A DNA stretch of 64,000 nt. Origin: a bacterium. Its GTDB lineage: Bacteria > Patescibacteriota > Dojkabacteria > SC72. Positions 19,376-29,932 of this stretch are shown here, one piece after another. The position numbers and the translations under genes are program-made. Location of the stretch: positions 290-64,289 of the forward strand of contig JAIOSB010000027.1 in assembly GCA_021107795.1 (NCBI GenBank), written 5' to 3'. The notes under the pieces are model-generated. The model had not been told where the DNA came from. It ran no database searches and saw nothing but the letters and a program-made list of their open reading frames with translations. Within the stretch, counting starts at the first letter, position 1. The number at the start of each line of letters is the position of its first letter.

Positions 19376-22300
19376 CTAGTTATTACCACATTGACCATCT
19401 AATTCACCATCTGGATGCCATATTAATGATTTGCATGTACTGTCTTCTGGTTGAAAGCTAGATATTCTCACAAAGTAGCCATTTGATGTAGTTATTGGAT
19501 AATCAAAACCATATTCTGTTCCCTCAGAGACTTGCAACCCCTCAAACATACCTTTTGATACAGGCCACCATGTTATATTATCTGCAGTTAAGCCTGAGAT
19601 TCTATTCACTGAGTCAATGAGTGTACGTGCTGTAAATGCTTTAGTATACCCACTTACTCCGATTAAGTTCCAACCAGGTATAAAACTTACAGGTACATTC
19701 GTATTAATATCAAATCCAGGAATAGGTATTCTACTATTCCTAGTAGCTACTATCGCATATCCAAAGCCTGGTAGTAGAGGGAAGTCAGAGCCGGCAGGAG
19801 TTCCTGATTCTGTAGACTTACTCATAATCCCTCCCTTCCACGATCCGTTGGAGAAGTATGTTATCTGACTGATTACTTCAAATTGGCTATTAGCTTCTTC
19901 CAATAGTTGTTCTGCAGTGTAGGATTCCCCGACATTCAGTGCAGGATAGAAATCGAATGATACTAGGTTTAAGCCCTCTTTCAGCACTATATCATACGCA
20001 TTAGATACTTGATTGACACTTAGTTCCAGCACACTAGATGATACTAAGTAGTCTCCATTTGCCACATCAAATTTCCCGTCATTGTTTATATCTTTATAAT
20101 ATATATATTTATAGTCAGCATTATAGTATTGCACGACGTTCTCACTATCTGGTCTAATTACTTCATAGTAACCATCTTTAGTCACACTTAAAAACAGCTC
20201 TTCCGTCTCTTGGGCCGACACTTTAGGTGCTGAGAAAGAGGCGATTTCCTGGAGGATATTATCCAAATTTAATGTACTAGTTTCAGAACATTCTCCAAAC
20301 GGTACAATTTTATATCCAGCTACACATCCTTTACCAACTTCTTGTTTTTGTTTTACTCCAAACCCACTATCACAACAGACATACCCTTCTTTAACATACT
20401 CTGTATCGAATGTAGCTGTACCACCTCCTGTTTTTATAACTGTATTAAAACTCTCACCATATATGGTTTCTAAATCAGCTTTCTGACCACAGGCATTAAA
20501 TTGAACCTCTATATCCCCTTTTGAGGTCAGGCAGTAATATTGAAGACCCTCAATTTCCTCCAAAGGTAGTAACCAACGATCGTCAAAAGAATCTTTATTA
20601 AAATCTCCGAGACTTTGCTTTGTTGGAGTCGCATAAGGAGTCTCGACTGATGGCCCAGAATAGTAATAATAATCTCCATCATCATCCAGATATATGTAAT
20701 CTCCATTCCAAGTAGGACTACCAACGTCATTTGCTATCACAAGATCCTCCGTTATAGTCTCTCTTAAAAAGTACGAGGCAGAGACACACTCTTTATTACC
20801 GCACTCATCACAATTGATAATATTTCCTTCATCCTTATTGAAACAGTACATCTCGTTTTCCAAATTAACAGATTTCACTACCTTATCAGCACAATACTCA
20901 TAAAAGTCTACCGTTTCATACTCACATTGACCAATTCCAGTTGGGTAGTAATTAGGGATATATACATAGCTAGATTCCTTTTTTACATTATGACAACACT
21001 CTAAGGCAATCACTTCTCCACTATCATTAGTTACAAGAGGTGCGAAATCTTCTGCAGACAGATTCCCTGATAATGAAGATTCCTCACCCTCCTCATTTGA
21101 GACGCTAGGTTGGCACTGAAACCAGAAGGATTCGCAGGGTGTGCCGTAATCGTCCTGGCTGGGACAGTTTATGAGATCATAGTCTGTAGTATAGTCTGAG
21201 CAGCGGAGTTTTCCCTCCTCCTCTTGATCTACACTTTCCTTCGGTTTAGGAGAAGGTAGTCCAGGATTATTACCCATACACTCGCTTTTCTCTTTATCCC
21301 AATAACAACCTCCATAATAATTCTCATTACAAACAGTTTCTGTAGTATAACCACTACAACCAGTTATCTCAGGACCCTCTACTACAAGTTCTATCTTGTC
21401 CTCAAGAAATCCCATAATCTCAGCACTCCCCTGCAAATCTCCAATAATATCTTCATATTCCGACGAATCTACAACGTCGACATTACCTGATACACTGTTT
21501 TTAACAAGTTCTCCATCTAATAAAGTATAGAGATTCCCTGCAGCATCTACTACTTGATCCTCTCCTATAACCTTCTTTTCTCCATCAACCTCAACCATCT
21601 GCCTACCCCTCTCCATACACCCCGCAGGCTTTGGACAAAGAGCTTGCAATCGGATATTAAATTGGCGAACTCCATTCCATAGACAAGTCTTGTAACAAGG
21701 ACTTGTTGGTGCACAACCACCAGCAAGAATAGGTCCATAAGAGACTGTTTTCCCTTCACTGTCCTCACACCTTGCCTCATCCCATGCAGCATTGACATAA
21801 GGTATAAAGGATTCTAATAAATCCTCTGCATTATTCTCAAAATCTATATCCTCTTCACTATTACCCAAGATACTCTCTACAGGAATATCATCTGTTCCAA
21901 AGGTTATCATATAGCACTGCTTTGGAGTAAAAGACTCATATTGATAACAAACCTCACCATTCATACCATTTATATCATCAAATACAGAACCATTTAAATC
22001 TCTAAAAGCCCCCTTATCAATACTCCACCCACCCTCACTATTAGTAGAAGCTGAAAGTAAATTAGAAATCAAAACATTACTCTCATCTACTACCCCTACA
22101 AAAACCATAGAATCTTTAGAGTCATCCTCATACAACAATCCTCCCGTATCAAGCTTCATACCATAAATCTTCCCATACATTGGATTAGGGACCACCATCT
22201 CGACAACATCCTGTATAACAGTTGTAACAGAAAACTCACTGAGAGTATCAAAAGCATATTCATATGAGTTTGTCTTACTACTAGACCATAGGAGTGAACC

Positions 22301-22708
22301 ATTTGATAATACAAAATTGTAAATCTTTCCTTCTTCAAGACCTGAAACAGTAACATGATGAACGTAATATTTATTATTCTTTACCTTGTATTCATTCAAA
22401 CAGTCAATACTATCTACACCACTCTCAAGTGCATCATTATTCAAATCTTCAACACAACTGGCCTGGGCTAAAACAACATCTCTATCATCATATGCAAACC
22501 TAACACCATTACTCCAGTACATTACAAATCCCTGTGTAGGCTGATGTGTTAGCCAGGATATAGTTGCAGAAGATGCAGTAATATTGGTAACCCTGACATC
22601 ATATGCTTGGAGCTTATTGCCCTGTACAATATAGTAAACTAGATAAGAGAAGGATATTAGCACAATAACTGTTAAGAGTCCCAATCCAAACATCTTGCTT
22701 CTTTTCAT
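19376..22708 (-). CDS. Large surface protein: N-terminal TM + FN3, Cys-rich central modules, DxNxDG motif, C-terminal GxNL repeats
   Basis: VTNITASSATISW..HHVTVSGLE; many Cys clusters; YKDINNDGKFD; LKEGLNLVSF and FIPGWNLIGV. Start ATG 22708 preferred over TTG 22714. Confidence 0.8.
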   Translation of the reverse strand: MKRSKMFGLGLLTVIVLISFSYLVYYIVQGNKLQAYDVRVTNITASSATISWLTHQPTQGFVMYWSNGVRFAYDDRDVVLAQASCVEDLNNDALESGVDSIDCLNEYKVKNNKYYVHHVTVSGLEEGKIYNFVLSNGSLLWSSSKTNSYEYAFDTLSEFSVTTVIQDVVEMVVPNPMYGKIYGMKLDTGGLLYEDDSKDSMVFVGVVDESNVLISNLLSASTNSEGGWSIDKGAFRDLNGSVFDDINGMNGEVCYQYESFTPKQCYMITFGTDDIPVESILGNSEEDIDFENNAEDLLESFIPYVNAAWDEARCEDSEGKTVSYGPILAGGCAPTSPCYKTCLWNGVRQFNIRLQALCPKPAGCMERGRQMVEVDGEKKVIGEDQVVDAAGNLYTLLDGELVKNSVSGNVDVVDSSEYEDIIGDLQGSAEIMGFLEDKIELVVEGPEITGCSGYTTETVCNENYYGGCYWDKEKSECMGNNPGLPSPKPKESVDQEEEGKLRCSDYTTDYDLINCPSQDDYGTPCESFWFQCQPSVSNEEGEESSLSGNLSAEDFAPLVTNDSGEVIALECCHNVKKESSYVYIPNYYPTGIGQCEYETVDFYEYCADKVVKSVNLENEMYCFNKDEGNIINCDECGNKECVSASYFLRETITEDLVIANDVGSPTWNGDYIYLDDDGDYYYYSGPSVETPYATPTKQSLGDFNKDSFDDRWLLPLEEIEGLQYYCLTSKGDIEVQFNACGQKADLETIYGESFNTVIKTGGGTATFDTEYVKEGYVCCDSGFGVKQKQEVGKGCVAGYKIVPFGECSETSTLNLDNILQEIASFSAPKVSAQETEELFLSVTKDGYYEVIRPDSENVVQYYNADYKYIYYKDINNDGKFDVANGDYLVSSSVLELSVNQVSNAYDIVLKEGLNLVSFDFYPALNVGESYTAEQLLEEANSQFEVISQITYFSNGSWKGGIMSKSTESGTPAGSDFPLLPGFGYAIVATRNSRIPIPGFDINTNVPVSFIPGWNLIGVSGYTKAFTARTLIDSVNRISGLTADNITWWPVSKGMFEGLQVSEGTEYGFDYPITTSNGYFVRISSFQPEDSTCKSLIWHPDGELDGQCGNN

Positions 22709-22784
22709 ATTCAAAACCCTAAGATTATTACTCTAAAGATATAAAGAAACAGCCAATATGTCAATATAATGATATAATCCTCCT

Positions 22785-23519
22785 ATGCAAACATATTACA
22801 TACCACATAAACTAAAAATTGGAGATATCACTCACCTATCCGATAGTGATAGTGAAATGATTATTTCTCAACAGAAGCTACATGAGCAAGACCTTGTAGA
22901 GATAGAGACATACGACAAGGTATTCATTGCACAAATTACATACATTGAAAAAGGGAGTGTAGAGATAGAGATTGTAGAGGAAAAGGGGGAGCGAGTTACA
23001 AAGGAATATCCAACTACCACTATTTTACAATCACTCTCCAACGATTCTAAGTTTAATTACTTCATAGAGAAGTGCGTAGAGATAGGGGTAGGGAGAATAA
23101 TACCAGTAGAAAGTCAATATTCGCTTAAGAAGAAGAAGAAGGCAGTTAAGAGTATAGGACTTTGGAATAAGATTGTGAGTGATGCTACAGAACAGTCTAG
23201 AAATACAAGACCTACAATAGTGGAGAGTCCAATCAAGATTTCTGAGCTTAGTAACGATCAACTGGGAGATTGCATTAAGATATGTTTAGCTACTGAGAAT
23301 GTGGAGTCAATATATCTGAATGAATATATCCAAGGTATAGATATTAGGAAAGATATTGTAATTGCCATTGGTCCTGAGAAGGGGTGGTCTTCTAGTGATA
23401 TTGAAATATTTAAGAAGTTAGATTTCGATTTTGTTAAACTAAGGGGTAATATATTAAGAACAGAAACTGCGGGGATAGTGATAGGGAGTATAGTTAAATA
23501 TTTGAAGGGAGAAATATAA
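22785..23519 (+). CDS. rsmE: 16S rRNA m3U1498 methyltransferase
   Basis: EKCVEIGV, ATEQS, IGPEKGWS, GNILRTETA (SPOUT fold). Confidence 0.92.
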   Translation: MQTYYIPHKLKIGDITHLSDSDSEMIISQQKLHEQDLVEIETYDKVFIAQITYIEKGSVEIEIVEEKGERVTKEYPTTTILQSLSNDSKFNYFIEKCVEIGVGRIIPVESQYSLKKKKKAVKSIGLWNKIVSDATEQSRNTRPTIVESPIKISELSNDQLGDCIKICLATENVESIYLNEYIQGIDIRKDIVIAIGPEKGWSSSDIEIFKKLDFDFVKLRGNILRTETAGIVIGSIVKYLKGEI

Positions 23520-24559
23520 TGAAGAAGAAGAGAAGGCGTAGTCCTAAGAAAACACATAGGAAGAATTACAAGAAGTCTAGGACTCAGACTTTTGATAGGA
23601 AGTTTTACTCTAAGGAGGATATATTTATATCTAGAATGGCTAGTATATTACAATTACCTAAGGGAGAGACTAAGCATCTTTTCTATCATAGGGCTAGGAC
23701 TACCATTAGGTTAAATCATCTCATAGCTGATCCTAGAAAGACTTTTAGGTTTCTTACTCAGACTAAGGGTTGGGAGCTTCAGAAGATTAATGGTTTTAAG
23801 GATACATATTTTGTGAATGGTATAGATAAGTCTGTAGTGTCTAAGACGGAGGAGTATTTGCATGGGGATTTCTATATCCAAGATTTAGCTAGTATGTTAT
23901 CCGTATATGTTTTAGATCCACAGGAGGGAGAGAAGGTTTTAGATTTGTGTGCTGCTCCTGGGAGTAAGACTACTCTCATTTCTGCATTGACGGATAATAA
24001 GGCAGAGATCACGGCTAATGATTCAGATCTTTCAAGGGTTAGTAAGTTAAAGAATGTTCTTCATCAGTTTGGTAGTAAGAATGTTAAGGTTACGAATTTA
24101 GAGGGTATGTTGTATGGTAAAACTTTGCCTGATCATTACGATAGGGTTCTTCTGGATACCCCTTGTAGTGGTGGTGGTAGGGTTTATTTAGCTAGTAATA
24201 AGCCTTTGCGTTTTTGGAGTATTAAGAGGGTTAACTTTTTTACTACTATACAGAAAGGGTTGCTTGATTCTGCGTTTAGGGCTCTTAAGCCTGGTGGTAC
24301 ATTGGTGTATTCTACTTGTACTTTAGAGCCTGATGAGAATGAGGGTGTAGTTACACATCTTTTGAAGACTTTTAAGAATGCGAGGGTAGAGAGTATAGAT
24401 TTTGTAGAGGGTTTAGATGTATTACTATCTAAGAACATTATACCTGGGATTACTAAGTGGAGTGGTAAGGAGTATCATCATTCTTTAATAAAGAGTTTAA
24501 GGACTGTACCATCTCCAGAGATGATGGGTTTTTATGTTGTTAAGATTGGGAAGGGGTAG
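23519..24559 (+). CDS. RsmB/RsmF (NOL1/NOP2/Sun) RNA m5C methyltransferase
   Basis: YIQDLASM, VLDLCAAPGSKT, LLDTPCSG, VYSTCT, ENEGVV. Confidence 0.93.
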   Translation: MKKKRRRSPKKTHRKNYKKSRTQTFDRKFYSKEDIFISRMASILQLPKGETKHLFYHRARTTIRLNHLIADPRKTFRFLTQTKGWELQKINGFKDTYFVNGIDKSVVSKTEEYLHGDFYIQDLASMLSVYVLDPQEGEKVLDLCAAPGSKTTLISALTDNKAEITANDSDLSRVSKLKNVLHQFGSKNVKVTNLEGMLYGKTLPDHYDRVLLDTPCSGGGRVYLASNKPLRFWSIKRVNFFTTIQKGLLDSAFRALKPGGTLVYSTCTLEPDENEGVVTHLLKTFKNARVESIDFVEGLDVLLSKNIIPGITKWSGKEYHHSLIKSLRTVPSPEMMGFYVVKIGKG

Positions 24560-24621
24560 AAGGAAAAAGCTTTTAGCTTCTGAGTATAGATTTGAATTAA
24601 TTAAAACATAATCCATTACTT

Positions 24622-24951
24622 TTATATCTTTTTAGACAGTTTTTCTATTCTTTTAAAATACCAGTCCGTATTTATTCCCCATTTATTTGCCTCTTCACAC
24701 ATTCTAATCGCATCTTTATAACGTTGCTCATATTCAAGTAACATAATTGAGCGTTGAAAAGCAGGAACCGTTTTAACCATAGAATATCCATTCCGCCTGT
24801 CACTTATTGCCATTTGCCAGAATAGCTCTTGACCCTTCATACAAAGCCCCCAGAATTCATCTCTCAACTTTTGAGAGAAACCTTCGTGTTTCAAATTCCT
24901 CCATTTATTTTCTATTTCATCCAAATTGTCAAAATATGTTTGGTGTTCCAT
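24622..24951 (-). CDS. Hypothetical helical (TPR-like) protein, accessory
   Basis: 109-aa ORF (PAFQRSIMLLEYEQRYKDAIRMCEEA..KRIEKL), co-oriented with the DUF4145 gene. Confidence 0.65.
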   Translation of the reverse strand: MEHQTYFDNLDEIENKWRNLKHEGFSQKLRDEFWGLCMKGQELFWQMAISDRRNGYSMVKTVPAFQRSIMLLEYEQRYKDAIRMCEEANKWGINTDWYFKRIEKLSKKI

Positions 24952-24971
24952 AGTTCCATAATTCCCTTTAT

Positions 24972-25628
24972 CTATTTGTTTGGTGGTTTATTAGCAGATT
25001 TTAATTTCTCATCTAATGCCTTCTTTTTCAATTTTGTTAGAGTAGGTTGGACATAATAAAAATCAAATAATTGTTCAAGAACATCTAATATCCACTCAGT
25101 TTCTCCCTTTTCTACATCTATAATTTGACCACTATTAGTGGATTTTATAGGATGTGATGCGAAATTCCCAATATTTCTGACAGCATCAATAGCTTCACTG
25201 AGATGGCTTGGCAGTGTCTCCATAGCTTTCTCAATTTCTTGACTAAGATTATTTTTTGATATACCTTGTTCATGCAACATACTCTGCAAACATCTTCTCG
25301 CAAGTGCTGCTGATGCTTTTGAACTTAAAGGTTCTATTAACGAAGCCTCATTGAAATCCTGACTTATATCTGTTGGAACTTCTTTTGGAGCAGATGGTCT
25401 CATTGCACCTAAGGGACAAATCATTTGTTCACCAAATAATATTATAATTTCTTGACAAGCAGTACACCTGCAAGTTCGAAGCAATTTGGTTTTATCTTCC
25501 ACCCCATTTATTAACTCTCTATTAGGAAAATCGTAATTATGTGGGTACTTATAATATTGAACACCTTCAAAACGATTTGAATTTTTACAATATGGACATA
25601 TTCCTGTCTGATTTCTTGCAACTACCAT
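24972..25628 (-). CDS. DUF4145-domain protein with N-terminal Zn-ribbon
   Basis: CPYC..CTAC, then ASAALARRCLQ..L..EI..AVRNIGNFASH (HEPN-like RxxGNxxxH). Confidence 0.85.
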   Translation of the reverse strand: MVVARNQTGICPYCKNSNRFEGVQYYKYPHNYDFPNRELINGVEDKTKLLRTCRCTACQEIIILFGEQMICPLGAMRPSAPKEVPTDISQDFNEASLIEPLSSKASAALARRCLQSMLHEQGISKNNLSQEIEKAMETLPSHLSEAIDAVRNIGNFASHPIKSTNSGQIIDVEKGETEWILDVLEQLFDFYYVQPTLTKLKKKALDEKLKSANKPPNK

Positions 25629-25697
25629 AATACTAACTCATAAATATATCTAATATAATCCTTCTTAGATTACCCCCATCTTACCAAATTCCCCTTC

Positions 25698-25732
25698 AAA
25701 AGAAAAAGAACCCCACATGTATGAGGTTCTTT
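25698..25732 (-). terminator. Intrinsic terminator after pnp
   Basis: Minus strand AAAGAACCTCAT-ACAT-GTGGGGTTCTTT followed by TTCTTTT. The G-U wobbles pair on the minus strand. Confidence 0.75.
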
Positions 25733-25756
25733 CTATCTTACTACTCTGTAAGAACT

Positions 25757-27826
25757 CTACTCCTTAGCCTGTTTCATACTAAGCTTTATCTTCCCATCCC
25801 TTGCTATCTCTACTAACTTTACCTTTACCATATCCCCTTCCTTTACAACACTGTTTACATCCTTTACAAAATCATCTGCCATCTCTGAAACATGAACTAA
25901 ACCAGAAGTACCAGGATTAATATCTACAAATGCACCATAAGGCATTACTGAAGCTACCTTACCCTCATAGATTTCTCCCTCTTTTGGTATAAAGTTGTAC
26001 CTAGCGATATATGACATAGCTTTCTCCAGCTTCTCCTTGTTATCCGCATAGATATTCACTGTACCATCATCCTCAATACTAAGCTCTGCACCACTCTGCT
26101 CTGTAATCTCCTTAATATTCTTACCCCCTGGACCAATTAATTCCCCTATCTTATCTACAGGAATCTTTGCACTAGTAACCTGTGGAGCTGTTGCTGAAAC
26201 CTCTGGTCTAGGTTCTGATATTGCTTCCTCTATCTTATCTATCACCTGTAATCTACCCTCTTTACACTTCTTAAATGCCTCTTCTACAATCTCCATACTT
26301 AAACCCTTCATCTTGTTATCCATCTGTACAGCAGTAACACCATCCCTTGTACCTATTACCTTGAAATCCATATCACCGTAGAAGTCTTCTACTCCTTGCA
26401 TATCTGTAAGGATATTGATAGATTCATCATCTCCTAGTACAAGACCACAAGCTATACCACCTACAGTCTTCTTTATTGGAACACCAGCTGCCATTAAAGC
26501 TAGACTAGATCCACATGCAGAAGCCATAGAGCTTGAACCATTCTCACCTTGAACTTCAGATACAATGATAATGGTGTATGGGAATTCTTCTTTGGTAGGT
26601 AATACAGGAATTAGTGATTTCTCAGCTAACATTCCATGACCAACACCTCTTCTACTTGGTATGAGCCTAATTCTACCTGCTTCACCATATACATATGGTA
26701 AGTCATTGTAGAAATGCATGTAGTTCTTCTCCTTGTTTCCAAGCATATCATCTACTAATTGTGCATCATCCAATGTACCAAGTGTAGCTACTGAGAGCAC
26801 TTGCGTGAGTCCTCTTGTGAAAAGTCCTGTACCATGTACTTTAGGAAGTAAGTCTATTTGAGTGTCCATTTCTCTAATCTCATCTAATGCTCTACCGTCT
26901 ACTCTAATGTTTTCTTCTTTTACAATTCTTCTAAGTCCCTTCTTCTGCAACTTATCATATGCTTCTGAGAGATCTTTCTTAGAAAATTTTCCTTCAAATT
27001 TAGTGAAGACTTCTTTCATAGTTTCTTGGTGTTGACTCTTCTTTGCATCCTTAAGATTTTTCTCTGCTTTCTCACCCAAGAATTCCTCTAGAGATTCTAA
27101 AAGATTTTCTGGTAGTACTTTAGGAGTATATATTTTCTCCTTTGGACCACCTACTAGTTCTACAAATTTGTTCTGTGCTTCTAACCATGGTTTCATATCC
27201 TCTAAACCTCTTCTCATAGATTCTACTACTGTATCATCTGCGATATCGTTACATGCTCCATCGATCATGGTGAATACTTCTCCATCTCCTGATACGATGT
27301 AGTTCATTGGGTTTTCATCTGATACTGTAGCCATACTCTTGTATACTGATCCTTCAAGACCAACATTTACACCTGCTACTGGACCTTCAAATGGGATATT
27401 TGACATCACTAGTGCTGCTGATGCTGCGTTGATTGCAAGAAGTAGAGGGTCGTTTTCTTCATCATATGACATGACTGTGATGATTATGTTTACTTCGTCC
27501 ATGTAGTCGGAAGCAAATCTAGATCTAAGAGATCTGTCTATCATTCTAGATTTCAGTACTGCTTCATCAGATGGGAATCTTTCTCTTTTTACAAATCTAG
27601 AACCACTGATTTTCCCTGCAGCGTAGTATCTTTCAATATATTCTACAGAAAGGGGGAAGTAGTCCATATCACCAGTGGATGGGTTACTATTTACATTTAC
27701 TGTAATTGTGGTGTCTCCCATTTTGGCAAATATGGAATTTTGTGACTTTAAGGCTAATTTACCAGTAGAGAAACTACATTTCCTACCGTCAATCTCAAAC
27801 TCGTGTAACTTTTCGTTAAAAAGCAT
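25757..27826 (-). CDS. pnp: Polyribonucleotide nucleotidyltransferase (PNPase)
   Basis: FPLSVEY, RMIDRSLR, HGTGLFTRGLTQ, NGSSSMASACG, DFYGDMDFKV, plus KH and S1 domains. Confidence 0.97.
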   Translation of the reverse strand: MLFNEKLHEFEIDGRKCSFSTGKLALKSQNSIFAKMGDTTITVNVNSNPSTGDMDYFPLSVEYIERYYAAGKISGSRFVKRERFPSDEAVLKSRMIDRSLRSRFASDYMDEVNIIITVMSYDEENDPLLLAINAASAALVMSNIPFEGPVAGVNVGLEGSVYKSMATVSDENPMNYIVSGDGEVFTMIDGACNDIADDTVVESMRRGLEDMKPWLEAQNKFVELVGGPKEKIYTPKVLPENLLESLEEFLGEKAEKNLKDAKKSQHQETMKEVFTKFEGKFSKKDLSEAYDKLQKKGLRRIVKEENIRVDGRALDEIREMDTQIDLLPKVHGTGLFTRGLTQVLSVATLGTLDDAQLVDDMLGNKEKNYMHFYNDLPYVYGEAGRIRLIPSRRGVGHGMLAEKSLIPVLPTKEEFPYTIIIVSEVQGENGSSSMASACGSSLALMAAGVPIKKTVGGIACGLVLGDDESINILTDMQGVEDFYGDMDFKVIGTRDGVTAVQMDNKMKGLSMEIVEEAFKKCKEGRLQVIDKIEEAISEPRPEVSATAPQVTSAKIPVDKIGELIGPGGKNIKEITEQSGAELSIEDDGTVNIYADNKEKLEKAMSYIARYNFIPKEGEIYEGKVASVMPYGAFVDINPGTSGLVHVSEMADDFVKDVNSVVKEGDMVKVKLVEIARDGKIKLSMKQAKE

Positions 27827-27918
27827 AAATAAAAATATAAAATTTATATATCAAAATATAGCTTACTTAAAAGCTGTGTTCTGTGAAAGTTATATCAAGA
27901 AAGAGGAGAAAAAGAAAG

Positions 27919-28182
27919 TTAAATCTTTATCTTCTTTGTGAAAGTCTTGAATCTGTCAGCTTCATTGACCTCAAGATATTGAAGCAGTCTTCTTCTTTTT
28001 CCTACTTTTTGGAGTAAACCTCTTCTAGAGTGGTTATCCTTCTTATGATCCTTGAGATGTTCGGAAAGTTTCTGAATTTCTGATGTGAGGATTGCAACTT
28101 GAACCTCTGGGGATCCTGTATCTCCTTTATGAAGTGCGTATTTCTTTATTATTTTTTGCTTGTCAGTTGTGGTAAGGGACAT
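27919..28182 (-). CDS. rpsO: 30S ribosomal protein S15
   Basis: [35 protein letters not shown]. Confidence 0.98.
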   Translation of the reverse strand: MSLTTTDKQKIIKKYALHKGDTGSPEVQVAILTSEIQKLSEHLKDHKKDNHSRRGLLQKVGKRRRLLQYLEVNEADRFKTFTKKIKI

Positions 28183-28280
28183 AGTTATCTCTAGAGTAAC
28201 ATGATATTAAACATATTACAATGACAAAAAGTCATTGTACAAGAACTCGACATTGTACTTTATTATAGGCTATCTGTCAA
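28183..28280 (-). promoter_or_regulatory. rpsO promoter and structured 5' leader
   Basis: TTGACA (28280-28275), 17 bp, TACAAT (28257-28252). The leader has a perfect 9-bp hairpin (28217-28239) and a second hairpin (28184-28200) next to the ATG. Confidence 0.7.
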
Positions 28281-28293
28281 CAATATTGGTATA

Positions 28294-29910
28294 TTATTTC
28301 ACTATCTTGTAACAATATATCTCATCTCCTTCTTCTGCGTCAACTGAGACATCCAAAATCACTCCACAGTCTGTGCCTTTGTCTACTTGTGTAAGGTCCT
28401 TTTTATTAATCTTTAATGACTTAATTCTTCCTTCAGCAAGGATGTCGTCGTCGCGGACTATATAGCATTTACAGCTTTTCTTCAAAACACCTTCTGTGAC
28501 CCTATTACCTAGTACTGTCTGACCATCGGAGAGGGTAAAGATTGCTTTGATTACAGCCTTACCTATTTCTTCTTCAGTTTCTCCTGGCTGAGAGAGTAAA
28601 TTCAATGCTTCTTCAATTTCATCTATTAGTTTGTAGATAATGGCGTAGGATCTTACTAAGACTTTGTATTTCTTTGCTAATTCCTTTGCATTTCTTTCCA
28701 TTCCTACTTCAAATCCTAGTATTATTGATTTCGTGACATGAGCTTTCTCGATATCTTTGATGGTTACATCCCCAATTCCTTGGTCTATGATATTTAGTTC
28801 TGCTCCTTCTACCTTAATTTTGGCTAATGATTTCTGAAGTGCCTCAAGAGATCCTTCTGAACCACTTTTAATCATTACAGCTAGTAATTTCACTTCATCT
28901 TCTGGTTCATTGCTGTCCATCTGAAAGAATTCTTCAAAGGACACTTCTGGATCTGGTTCTGCTCCTTCTTCAGTTGGCTTCTCTTCTACAACAGTTTCTT
29001 CTTCTACTTCTACGACAACTTCAGGAGTTTCTTCATCACTTTGAATGGGGTGTAGTATTTTCTTGTCGTTTTCTTCTAGTATGTATATTTCAGAACCAAG
29101 TGGTAGTATATTTGAAAGTCCTAATATCTTTCCTCCACATCCTGTTTCGAACCCTTTTATATGTTCACCTTCTTCCGAGATGAGGCCTTTTACTCTTTCG
29201 ATTACGATTTCTTTGTTAGCTTCATAGCCTATGAAATCTCCTTTTTTGATAGAGCCTTGGGTAACAACTACTGTTGATACATTCCCTCTAGATTTCTCCT
29301 TTACAGATTCTAATACAAATCCTTTAGCTAAAACTTTGTCTAGTAATTTCCCTCTGTTTTGTAATCCTTCCACTTCTATTACTAAATTAATCATATCTAA
29401 AAGGTCTGGTATTCCCTTGCCTGTCTTACCAGAGACTTCTACTACAGGGATTTCACCTCCCATTCCTTCTACTGAGATACCTTCAGATGCTAATTCTCTT
29501 TTTATCTTTTCAATATCGGTATTTGGTAAATCGCATTTGTTGATAACGACAATTGGTTTAGCTGTAGAGTCTTTGATAATTGCAATGGATTCTTTTGTTT
29601 GGGGTTTCACACCATCATTAGCGGCTACAATTAGTAAAACAATGTCTGCAATACTTCCCCCTCTTAGTCTCATCAAATCAAAAGCTTCATGACCTGGAGT
29701 ATCTACAAAGGTAATTCTTTCGTCTTTCTCACAATCTGGTGCTACGGTAAATACTGAAATCTTTTGTGTAATACCTCCAGCTTCACATTCTTGGACATTA
29801 GCTTCTCTAATTTTATCAAGTATTGTTGTTTTACCATGGTCTACATGACCAAGTATTGCAACAATTGGTACTCGCTTATTTTCATTTTTCTTCTTCTTTG
29901 TCTTACCCAT
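28294..29910 (-). CDS. infB: Translation initiation factor IF-2 (short, no long N-terminal domain)
   Basis: [36 protein letters not shown]. Confidence 0.96.
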   Translation of the reverse strand: MGKTKKKKNENKRVPIVAILGHVDHGKTTILDKIREANVQECEAGGITQKISVFTVAPDCEKDERITFVDTPGHEAFDLMRLRGGSIADIVLLIVAANDGVKPQTKESIAIIKDSTAKPIVVINKCDLPNTDIEKIKRELASEGISVEGMGGEIPVVEVSGKTGKGIPDLLDMINLVIEVEGLQNRGKLLDKVLAKGFVLESVKEKSRGNVSTVVVTQGSIKKGDFIGYEANKEIVIERVKGLISEEGEHIKGFETGCGGKILGLSNILPLGSEIYILEENDKKILHPIQSDEETPEVVVEVEEETVVEEKPTEEGAEPDPEVSFEEFFQMDSNEPEDEVKLLAVMIKSGSEGSLEALQKSLAKIKVEGAELNIIDQGIGDVTIKDIEKAHVTKSIILGFEVGMERNAKELAKKYKVLVRSYAIIYKLIDEIEEALNLLSQPGETEEEIGKAVIKAIFTLSDGQTVLGNRVTEGVLKKSCKCYIVRDDDILAEGRIKSLKINKKDLTQVDKGTDCGVILDVSVDAEEGDEIYCYKIVK

Positions 29911-29932
29911 GGCGAGTATTAAATGAATTAAA

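Noticed and set aside
24541-25697. Possible terminal inverted repeats around the DUF4145 insert
   Set aside because: The similarity is limited to G-runs versus C-runs expected from local skew. No clean alignment, target duplication or transposase.
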